Assembly: GCA_964035545.1 (NCBI GenBank)
Contig: OZ037766.1
Location: 32,416,773 to 32,480,772, forward strand
Reading direction: 5' to 3'
From: Bugula neritina
Lineage: Eukaryota > Animalia > Bryozoa
Length of the DNA stretch: 64,000 nt
Each line of letters begins with the position of its first letter. The stretch's first letter is position 1. Made by a program: the position numbers and the translations under genes. The notes below the pieces were generated by a model, which searched no databases, was not told the origin of the DNA, and saw only the letters and a program-made list of their open reading frames with translations. Shown piece after piece: positions 26,901 through 38,900 of the stretch.

Positions 26901-29900
26901 CTAGGGGCCATCTCTTGTTTGCTGGGGAAATATAGACAATTTAGTGGAATTAAATCTTATACTGGCCATTTAAAGAAGACAATTTCTAATAATTTCTTCA
27001 TGAATGTTTTTAATCAAGCAATCTTAATCTGTATTGAACTACGGATAGCGTGGATGTATCCACTATATGTATGTTACAGAAAACTTTCTTAAATTGTTTG
27101 CTAAGTTTTTACAATTTGCTGAAAATATTAATCAGTTTTATAAATACAGTTTAACTAAAGAAATACCTGGCTCTGATTTTATGTCCTGCCTTCTTTCATT
27201 GGCTGATCAAAATAGGTTAATTGACTTGCGTTGCGGGTGACAATATCTCAAATGGAAGAGCACAAATTTCTTGTATTGCAATACTTCAGTCGAGTAACAT
27301 TTCATCAATATAGCCATTTATTGGGTTTGTGAAAGTGGAGTGGCAGTTTGTTTATATAAATTTGCTTCGGTTCGCTCACTCATCATGACAAGACCGACAA
27401 CGTGATAGCAGAACAGATATCTCACGAGGTAAGAGACATTTCTGTAGGGTAGAGAGAAATATGAATTCGCTCACTGTAAAGTATTTTACCCGTCTGATTG
27501 TGTTTGTAGAAAGAGAAATCCAATATTGAGAAGGAAGTGATAAATCTGTGCTCAGATGATAGCGATGATGAAAGTTGCAGACGGCTTGCAGAGGGGATGA
27601 GTCATGTCTCTAAATCGTCTGCGGATACAACGTCTGCAGCCGGTGCCGTGTTGTCCAACTCTCACCTGAGCACCCAATCAGAGCTCATTCCTAAGTCTGC
27701 TGTAGATTCCAGAGCAGATTCTGTTGAGTCAGAGTTGATCCCTAAATCTGCTGCAGATCCTCTCTGCTCGCCTAAATCTGATTCGACTGACTCGGAGTTG
27801 ATACCGAAGAACGATGCCCCGCCGCTGGCGCTGCAGCCTGCTGACAGCTGTGACGACAGCGATGACCTTGTCGGCGTGACCCCTAGGAGATCCACTAGAA
27901 TATCTGCTGACCAAACTTCCTCCGCAGCAAATGGTGCGTAGAGAGCCGTTGTAGTGTCTGTATAGTCTATATCCTGTCCAAGCTAGCATGTGATCACATG
28001 ATAGAGTGAGTTGGGGGCCTTGTATATAGTCTGAGGATCCTTGTAGTCACAGAAAGAACTAGTACATTGTGTATGTGTATAATATAGGCCGAAGAGTTTA
28101 ATTTAAAATACTTGATAACATGTTGAAATGTTGATAAACATGTTGAAATGTTGATAAACATGTTGAAATGTTGCAGATGAGAGTAAGAAAAAGTCCATGT
28201 CTGATTCAGCAAAGCATCCCACGTTTGATGGTATTTTTAATTCATATTTTCATCGTAGGAATAATTACTAATTTTATCCAATTTCACAATGAAATATCTT
28301 ATGGCTACGTACAAAAGCTTGTGTGGACAGTTTTGTCATTTTGAATGTGTTAGATTTAAGTTTACACTGCTGGTTTTATTTGCCATATTTTACTTATTTC
28401 ATTATTAGTGTTATTAGTAATTGACTGTGCCAATTATATGACAAAGTAAAAGCTGAGTCTTATATTAGAATTGGCGAGCACTCCTGGACCTTCTGGTTTG
28501 ACGAAAAGAGGACTGAAGCTGCTACTAAAGAGGCAATCAGAAGAGGCAGCCAATACTCAGAAGAAGGATGGTGCTGCTGACGAAGAAGCAGCAGTCACAA
28601 ACAATGATGTCACCGGCAGCGGTGTTAATACTGATACTAATAAACCCTCTGATGATGAACTCGCACCAACTCCAGACAGGGCGGTGTCTGAACCAGGAAG
28701 TCTAGAAGAGGAACTCTCTGGGAGTGCTGATGTCACTCGTGAGAATCCAGAGAGTGTTAGTAACGGAGAGACTTTCACCCAAAGTGTTCAGTCTGACAGA
28801 GAGATGAGTGAAGACAACTCCCATACTCCTATGGAATGTATGGATAGTGCAGACGTTTCAACTGCTCTGGATGACTCATTATCTGCAGTCGATTGCTTTA
28901 AGAAAACAGGAAGTGCTGAGAAAAAGTCTGCACGAAAGCAAAGACTTACCCATAAAACATCAAGTCGCCATACTGGTAAAATGATTGTAGATTGTGTCTT
29001 TATCTCTCCGATAATTCCTTCATGCTTGTTCTAAATTGTTCTAATAACTGGTTGGTGAAATCATGTAGTAAAATGTGATTGTTTTTAGAAGTGTTGGACA
29101 AAACACCAAAAACTGCCGAGTTTGTAGAAACTTCCAGCGAAGAAGAGACAACAGGTATTCAACGTCTGCAACATTCTTGGTGTTTACTTTAGTCATACAT
29201 AGTGATTGCATCTCTAACTTCACTATAGTCAATCTATTAGTTGTATATACTGAGTAATACATACACAGTTCTTGTATCTGTAACTCTCTGAATGTGTTGT
29301 AGCGTCTGTTGTGACCGTTGACTCTAGCAGGATTCCCGGTGCTGACTCTAGTAGGATACATGGTGCTGACCCTAGCAGGATCCCCGGTGCTAACTCCACC
29401 GATGAGAAAAGTCCTAGCAAAGAGAAGAATAGAAGCAAGAGGAGGCAGAAAAAGGTGTCGCCCACCAGTGCATCAAAGACGGCGCCCAAATCAGCAGCCA
29501 CTGTTGAGAGCAGTGAAGATGAGGCGGAAGTGACTAGCAGATTAAGTTTGGATGATTCACTGACAGAAAACTTGCCCCAAACATCTAGTGTCGAAGAAAT
29601 TTGTGATGAGTCACTGAACGAGATTGGAAAAACTGTGACTTCTAAACCCATGAGTTCGAAATCTCTTGATGGTGTTATTTCTGACAATGAGGATTTAGAC
29701 GTCCCAGACAAAGATACTGAAATCAAGCAGAAGTCTACGGGTGGTAAAGTTGTGGAAGCAAGCAGTCTACTTAGTAGTGATCATAGTGATGACCTTGATG
29801 ACCTAAATGAGGTCAATGATGACTTGTTACTCGACATCGATGAGTCACATCATCAAAATGTAGAGTCAACATCCGTGCATCAGAAGAAAAAACATCGGAG

Positions 29901-32900
29901 TGAAAGAAAAACGGATAAAGGTGCCGAAACCAAAGCCAATGAAAACGGTAATACTTTTGACAAATGAATATTTTTGTATAATTGAAGCCAATCATCAAAA
30001 CGCATGTTTCTCCTATTTTAGTGCAAATTGAAAAAAGTATAATATTTTAGTTATCTGTATTTTATGTATACATGAAGAGTCTTAGATCAACATGATATTA
30101 ATTATACATTAGATTACATTACAATATCGCAAAACTGTTCATAAAATGTTCAAAACCGACACCCATTATTCTAGATTATTAACCTTTGAGTGTGAGCCTG
30201 TACTTGATTAGACAGCTGTGAATAGTTTAACACAAGTTTAAATAGGCCAACACAGGTGTAAATAGGCCAACGCAGGTGATAGGCAAGTATGGTAGGACCA
30301 GCTTTTTGTATCTAACCTGTCCAATTATTTACCTTGAATACTGTCTAGATTCTCTCCAAGAAGTCCCGGATAGTGGTGACGCACCGCCCAGCGATGCCGA
30401 GAATAAAATGGCGATGAACAATCTCAAAAACGCACTGATGTCTTCAGACTCAGACTCTAACCATGTTTTACCTCCGAGAAGAGTTCTCCGTCGTCAAGCG
30501 AAGTTGTCTCCCTCTAAAAGAGTTAAGTCGAAAGAGAACAAGACCGAGCGTAAACTGGCGCAGCAGGAGAAGCAACTCCGACAGCTGAACCCGGCTCAGC
30601 AGAGGTGAGGAATAGTCTGGCTGTTGGTGGTATAGTGACTCGCTGACATTGCGTGAAGAGGCAGCTAGGACTTATTTAGTGCTTAAGTACACTTAGTGAA
30701 AGGGCAGTTTTTCCCATGATTTATCATTAACGAAAGGCGACATGAAAACTAAAACAAAATTAGGTGAAGAAGCCAAATAAAGGCCAAAGGGTTAACTTCA
30801 TTGTGGCTAAGAAATAAATGTGTATAAAATACATTAAACAAAATAGACATATCATTTGTGAATTTCTCACCAGTAATTCATTTGTTAAATTAACGCTGTT
30901 GGTCACCTTTCACCACCGTGGTCCTGCGTGGGTGGCCGGGTTAAATTAGCCTTGTTGATATAGAAATACAAAATGTTGCTCTGTTTTTCCGCATTTGTTG
31001 AGGGAAATATAATATTATTATTAAGGCTTCACAATCTTGTGTCTAAGTTTTCTTTAAAGAATAAGCCTCAATTCTCATGATACTAGAGCCTTTGTTGGCA
31101 GAACATTCTGTTGACCTCGCGACCCCCAACTCTCTGCTATCTCTTCCAGGTATATCAGGAGAAGAACTGCCGGGCTGTTGGTTTCTCTGAGGGAGCAGAA
31201 GGAGACTGCCTTACAGAAACTGGTGAAGGAGATCGAAGAGAAGTCTGTTGCTGAGATGGACTCTCTCAACAAGTTACAGATGAGGTATGGACAGTATCAC
31301 TGGTCTGGTCACAGGTGCTCAGATTCTAATCTTATTATTATTATTCAAAGTAGTGCTTTTTCTAGTAAATTTATAGAATAGTTAGATAGATTTTTAAATC
31401 TAAATAAAATAGTAATTTTACTTGCTGACTCTCAAATTACAGTAATATTAATTTTGCTTCATATTTTCAGTAATATATGCTGTTATAAATTTATCCTCTA
31501 CTTTCTGTTATCTTCTTAACTATTTTCAGTCACAAGAATAAGAAATGTCATATGGTCCCCAGGCGGGCGTACTATTTCATGCCTTTATTGTTTAACTAAT
31601 ATGTAATATATTATGATATAGATATAGTAGAATATGTTTATAATACACATAGTATGATTCATTATATAATATTTATTATATTCATTAATAGGACAAAAGC
31701 AAAAGCCTTTTGTATTTTATAATCTATGAATTCAGTTTTAGACTAAGTTCATAGCTGAAAACAGCTCATGGAGTTATGTCACTTTTCCTTATCATACACA
31801 ATCTAGTTTGTTTATTCTCAGCTTAACAGAAGTGAAAATACGATTCAGTCTACAGTATGTTCCTGTTTCTCACAGACCCGAAGTAAAGGTTGAGAGAATA
31901 GATGTGGAGAATGAGGAGGCAGTGAGGAGACTGGTTGACCTTCACATGCAGAGTTCGAAGAGCACGATGTCAGTCAGCGAGCTGATAGCCAAGAATAAAA
32001 CGGCTGCCGACCAACGGCGTCAAGATGCCGGCGAGAGTGAGGGTGACAGCGATGTCGAGAAGGAAATAAAGCGGCTCTCTAAGCTGAGCATTCTCCTCAA
32101 CAGGAACAAGTCTGCCATTCAACGTTCGAAGCCGAAAGGTACGTTACTGCTGGTCAAGGTCATTTCCCATCTGCAGACAGAGGTGCAAATATCTGCAGAC
32201 AGAGGTGCAGATATCTGTTGTACAACAAATGAAACAATCATTATTACATAATACGTTTCCCCGAGCAATGAATTTGCCTTCTTATGTCATGTTGTTTATT
32301 TTATAGTATATCTAGCTTTTTCCTGTAGAATCGGTTAATCTCAAGTTTCTAGTGAATGATAAAAAGAAAACCTAGTTTTAGTAGCTTATACTGATAGTAA
32401 TTTGAGTGTGGTATTAATGTACAGTTTAATTCTGTGCTGTTCATTCTTAGAACAGTACAGAATTTAAACTGTACTATACATTCCTAACTGTGGAATTGTC
32501 ATGTATGTATTGTATTGGTGTATGTTTTGTGTTATTGTATATGTATTGTTGTACCGCATTATTGTAGAAGTGAAAACCCGTCGTAAGATCAGAAAGATAA
32601 TTCACGACAGTCTGTCAGAAGTTTCCAGTGAGCACAACTCTGAGGCAGAGGAAAACTCTAGCAGTGAAATGGAGGACAACTCCGCTGATATAATTCTCAT
32701 CCCAGACAAGGTGAGTCACCAGTCACGTGGAGAAGTACCTTTTATGTATTATGTGTGACATCATACACATGTGTAGCCTGTGTTCCTTAGGAGCAGCTAG
32801 ACAACGAAGAGGCCATGAAGAACCTGTTGCAGACGCTCACTGACAGCGACAGCGATGCTAAGGCATCGGCTAGTTCAGACAGCTCTTCAGATTCCGACAG

Positions 32901-35900
32901 CTCGGTTGTGAAGGACAAGAAATCTAATAACAACAGGTTCAGTCACTCACTTCCCTTCCGCAGGACTAAACTCACTGTCTAGCCCTAGTGTCAGTGATGT
33001 GTTTAGAGGTTGGGTGCGTCTATAGCCCACCCGACTAATGCTCACTCAGCAACTTACTTAGGCTTGTTAGTCGGCTTTTATACTTCATTGTTGAAATTTT
33101 TCCTGATGATCAAGTCGAATGTTTTGCAAACATAGATGTAGTGATCAGACTACGGTTAACTTGACGTGGGAGTTGTGTTTTCTCAGATACAATCGTAAGA
33201 AGAAAAAAGTTCACTCCTTAGAGTTGGTTGGGCTGGACGGAGAAGAGAAATCAAAACGAGGTCGTAAGACAAGAGTCAGTTCGAGTTCTGCAGACGACAA
33301 AGCGGCCGACCAATTAGATGATGACGAGTTCAAAAGTAGCGGCTCTGAAATTATCCCTTCATCCAGGAAAAGAAAAATACGGAGGTTTGCTTTGAATTTA
33401 TCTTAAGAAAAGTATATCAGTGGCGTGGTTACAACTCCTGGTGTGTAGTGAGAGTATAACTCCTTGTGTGTAGTGAGAGTATAACTCCTTGTGTGTAGTG
33501 AGAGTATAACTCCTTGTGTGTAGTGAGAGTATAACTCCTAGTATGTAGTGAGAGTATAACTCCTAGTGTGTAGTGAGAGTATAACTCCTAGTGTGTAGTG
33601 AGAGTATAACTCCTTGTGTGTAGTGAGAGTATAACTCCTAGTGTGTAGTGAGAGTATAACTCCTTGTGTGTAGTGAGAGTATAACTCCTAGTGTATAGTG
33701 AGAGTATAACTCCATGTGTGTAGTGAGAGTATAACTCCTTGTGTGTAGTGAGAGTATAACTCCTGGTGTGTAGTTAGAGTATAACTCCTTGTGTGTAGTG
33801 AGAGTATAACTCCTAGTGTGTAGTGAGAGTATAATTCCTGGTGTGTAGTTAGAGTATAACTCCTAGTGTGTAGTGAGAGTATAACTCCTAGTGTGTAGTG
33901 AGAGTATAACTCCTGGTGTGTAGTTAGAGTATAACTCCTTGTGTGTAGTGAGAGTATAACTCCTAGTGTGTAGTGAGAGTATAACTCCTGGTGTGTAGTT
34001 AGAGTATAACTCCTTGTGTGTAGTGAGAGTATAACTCCTAGTGTGTAGTGAGAGTATAACTCCTGGTGTGTAGTGAGAGTATAACTCCTTGTGTGTAGTG
34101 AGAGTATAACTCCTAGTGTGTAGTGAGAGTATAACTCCTATTGTTCCTATTGTATGGAGTTTGTCATTATTCAACAAATCTACAGTGAAGCTGTAAAGCT
34201 AGCCTTAAGGGAGCTGATTTTACTCATAAACTGAAAGTATGTATGCAGTTAATGGCTGTGTATTCTGCTAAGAAAGTTGAAGGTCACATGCTATAGACTA
34301 TAGAGAGTAGTCTTTGGCTGCTACTGGAGAAATTTTTCTAAGAAAGCTAAAAAAGCTGAGTTGGAGAAAGCTGATGACTCATATAACCAGCAAAGTGGAA
34401 CAAGGCATGGCTTTAACCAATGAGCATTGAGAGAATGTCAGTCTCCTTGCTGATTGGATGAGACGTATATTTAGAGTGTATTTATTCTCAGTTCCAGTGG
34501 AAGTTGCTCTCCTGATGCGATAGACAAGAAGCTGACCGCCAGACACAAGGGTAAGACTAAGAAGGTGCGACGTAGAGTGCAGGTCAGAGCAAGTAGCAGC
34601 AGCAGTACTGGTAGCAGTTCTAGCAGCAATAGTGGCTCATCATCAGACAGCGACATAAAGGTTACTAGTCCCCTGAAAGGCAGGCATAAGATCAGAAAGG
34701 TTATGGACGACAGCAAGTTGAAGAACTCCACAAAAAGTGCTCATCGGCTGGAGATGGAGAGACGGAAGAGAATCGAGGAGAAGCAGAAGAAGGTACACGT
34801 GTTTCTCATTCTTGTCACTCGTTTTAGTGCACATTTTATGTGTTGAAGTTGTCTTCTACCACTTAGCAGATTTGTGATAAATTTACTGGTTCTAATCAAC
34901 ACGCACAGCTTTTGTACATTGTATTATGTGTATTATTTATTATAGTAGAGTAATATCATTCACATTACATAATAGAAAGTCCCTTCCTTCTCTATAAAGT
35001 TGTTCAGTAATTCACCAACTTTTTAATTTGACCAGCTGTGTTTTTGTTTTGAATTGTTCTCTCATTGTATATTTTTACTGCAAAATCTAATCGAATATTC
35101 TAAAAGTTGCTGTAAGTATGGCCAATATTTTGTGGTGTCACATTGATGGTATGTGTTGGGTGCCTCAGTACAACGAGGAGTTGCTGGTACAGTCTGAGTC
35201 TAAGAGTAAACCTACTAAGTACAATCACCTGATACTGGAGAAGGACACAAAAGGCAGGACAGTGGTAGAAGTTGACCCGAATCTCGTTAGGAAGCTTAAA
35301 CCCCACCAGGTATTCCATTTCATCCGACAAACCCCATTCCTACTCTTAGTATGCAGTTTACTTTGCTTTCTGCTGTGACATTACATAATATGCTGCCTCA
35401 TTTTGTGTGACACACGGCAATATATATTACAATGTGGTAATATATATTACACGCATTATACTATATATTACACAAACTGTAATATATATTATATTACACA
35501 CACTGTAATATATATTATATTACACACACTGTAATATATATATTACACACACTGTAATATATATATTACACAAACTGTAATATATACTATATTACGCACG
35601 CACACACTGTGACAGGTTGAAGCTGTCCAGTTTCTCTGGGACTGTGTCTGTGAGACCGTGAAGAGGGTAAAGGATGGTCAGAGTGGTGGCTGTATACTCG
35701 CTCATTGCATGGGACTCGGCAAAACGCTCTCGGTTAGTGATGTCATTTCCTGTTTGAGATTGCGGTTGACAGAAATTGATTCAGAATGAGTAGGTCGGTG
35801 AACAAAGCTGTGTATCTGCTTGCAGTTGATTACGTTTGTCCACACGCTACTGGCTCACGAAGACAAGCTCAACCTACGCAGGATGTTGGTAATAGCTCCT

Positions 35901-38900
35901 CTCAACACCGTGCTTAACTGGAAGGATGAGGTCATCAAGTGGACGGAGAATCTGGAGATAGACATCGACGTGAGTCGGTTATGTTATTAGTTTGATCATG
36001 TGGTTTAGGTGCGGCCATATTTGTTTACCATTATTGTGACTTTTTTGGCGTATTATTTGGGCTACCTTATCAACTTGAATAACCAGTGTCTTGTTACGCA
36101 TCAGTTTTACAATGTTACTTAATATTGATATACAGTATGTATATTGTATAATATTATATGACAATGTCTCCTACAATGTATATTGTATAATATTATATGA
36201 CAATATCTCCTACAATGTATATTGTATAATATTATATCTCAATATCTCCTACAATGTATATTGTATAATATTATATGACAATATCTCCTACAATGTATAT
36301 TGTATAATATTATATGACAATATCTCCTACAATGTATATTGTATAATATTATATGACAATATCTCCTACAATGTATATTGTATAATATTATATCTCAATA
36401 TCTCCTACAATGTATATTGTATAATATAATATGACAATATCTCCTACAATGTATATTGTATAATATTATATGACAATATCTCCTACAATGTATATTGTAT
36501 AATATTATATGACAATATCTCCTACAATGTATATTGTATAATATTATATCTCAATATCTCCTACAATGTATATTGTATAATATTATATGACAATATCTCC
36601 TACAATGTATATTGTATAATATTATATGACAATATCTCCTACAATGTATATTGTATAATATTATATCTCAATATCTCCTACAATGTATATTGTATAATAT
36701 AATATGACAATATCTCCTACAATGTATATTGTATAATATTATATGACAATATCTCCTACAATGTATATTGTATAATATTATATCTCAATATCTCCTACAA
36801 TGTATATTGTATAATATAATATGACAATATCTCCTACAATGTATATTGTATAATATTATATCTCAATATCTCCTACAATGTATATTGTATAATATTATAT
36901 GACAATATCTCCTACAATGTATATTGTATAATATAATATGACAATATCTCCTACAATGTATATTGTTTAATATTATATGACAATATCTCCTACAATGTAT
37001 ATTGTATAATATTATATCTCAATATCTCCTACAATGTATATTGTATAATATTATATAATTATCTGATATAATATTACTCTATCACTGCCCATAATCTACT
37101 CTATTATTCTAAGAGTTGCCTCCTCAAAGTAGGAAACTGTGTCAAGATATCCTCCAATCACGTCTCAGCTATTTGCCAGGTGGACGAGCTGCAGGCCAAT
37201 AAGAAGAATGTTGACAGACTGCACAGACTGCAGAGGTGGTACTCCACAGGGGGCATCATGATTATCGGCTACGAGATGTTCCGCAACCTCACGCAGGGCA
37301 AACACGTCAAGAAGGCGGCTCATAGGGACAAGTTTACAGAGTACCTGCTCAAACCAGGTACTTACCTCTATTCACCCCTGCTTACTTACCTCTATATAGT
37401 GTATGTTTACCTCTACATACTTACCTTTATGTACCTCTGTATACTTACCTCTGTGTTCTTACCTCTATATACCCACTTCTCTGTATGTTCACCCCTCTAC
37501 ACTCTTCTCTCTGCATACTTACCTCTCTACACTTACTTCACTCACACAGACATTTAGTTTATATTTGTGTATCTCTACGACGCAGGGCCCGACCTCGTTG
37601 TCTGTGATGAAGGTCATCTGTTGAAGAACTCAAAGTCCAATATCCGCAAATCTGTGATGCGAATAGAGAGCAAGAGGAGGGTGGTGTTGACTGGCACCCC
37701 GCTACAGAACAATCTCAAGGAATGTAGGTTATTCTATTCTATCTGGTTATACGAGTGAAACTAAACACTAATTCACAGACTGCTACTTCTGATATACTAA
37801 TGTTTACTTCTGGAGAGTTGGTGTCTAAATTATGTCACAAGATTTTTTATTTTAATGCGAAAATCCCAAAATATGTTGTAATCCAATTGAAATCCAATTG
37901 TATACTTTGAGTCTTGTTGACGAATAGAGACCTTTAATTATCACATATCGTATTTGTCTCCCCTCGCTTCACCCCATTTCTGTCCTTGGCTAGCCTCAGC
38001 TCTTACTGTGCTTACAGACCACTGTATGGTGGACTTTGTGAAGCCCAATCTGCTGGGAACAGAGTCTGAGTTCAACAACAGGTTCATAGCTCCCATCACC
38101 AACGGCCAGTACGAAGATTCTACGCCTTTCGACGTCAAACTGATGAAGAAACGGGCGCATGTCCTGCATGAGATGCTGGCCGGGTGTGTGCAGGTACAGT
38201 ATCAGTTCTATGTAGATGTGTACAGGTACAGTATCAGCGCTATGTAGATCTGTACAGGTACAGTATCAGTACTATGTAGATGTGTACAGGTACAGTATCA
38301 GTGCTATGTAGATCTGTACAGGTACGGTATCAGTGCTATGTAGATGTGTGCAGGTACAGTATCAGTGCTATGTAGATGTGTGCAGGTACAGTATCAGTGC
38401 TATGTAGATCTGTATAGGTACAGTATCAGTACTATGTAGATGTGTACAGGTACAGTATCAGTTCTATGTAGATGTGTGCAGGTACAGTATCAGTACTATG
38501 TAGATGTGTGCAGGTACAGTATCAGTGCTATATAGATGTGTGCAAGTATAGTATCAGTGCTATGTAGATGTGTGCAGGTACATTATTAGTGCTATGTAGA
38601 TGTGTGGAGAGGCAATGGCAGCTCTACTTTGTGTATTACAGAGGAAAGATTACTCCGCACTGATTAAATTTTTACCTCCGAAATACGAATACATTTTGGG
38701 TGTGAAGTTGGGAGAACTACAAGTAAAACTGTACCAGCGATATCTGGACATGTTAAAAGGAGACAAATTAGGTGAGAGTTATCAGTTCACTTCTCCCTGT
38801 AGCTTATGGGCTGTCTGCAGTAATACAAACTTGTGTTTGTTTTTAACCCTTCTTAGATAACAACTACTCTCTTTTTAACAATAATTAGTATATCCACAAC

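Noticed and set aside
33433-38605. 25-39 bp repeat arrays superficially resembling CRISPR arrays
   Set aside because: The units are directly tandem with no unique spacers, there are no cas genes, and the context is eukaryotic introns.
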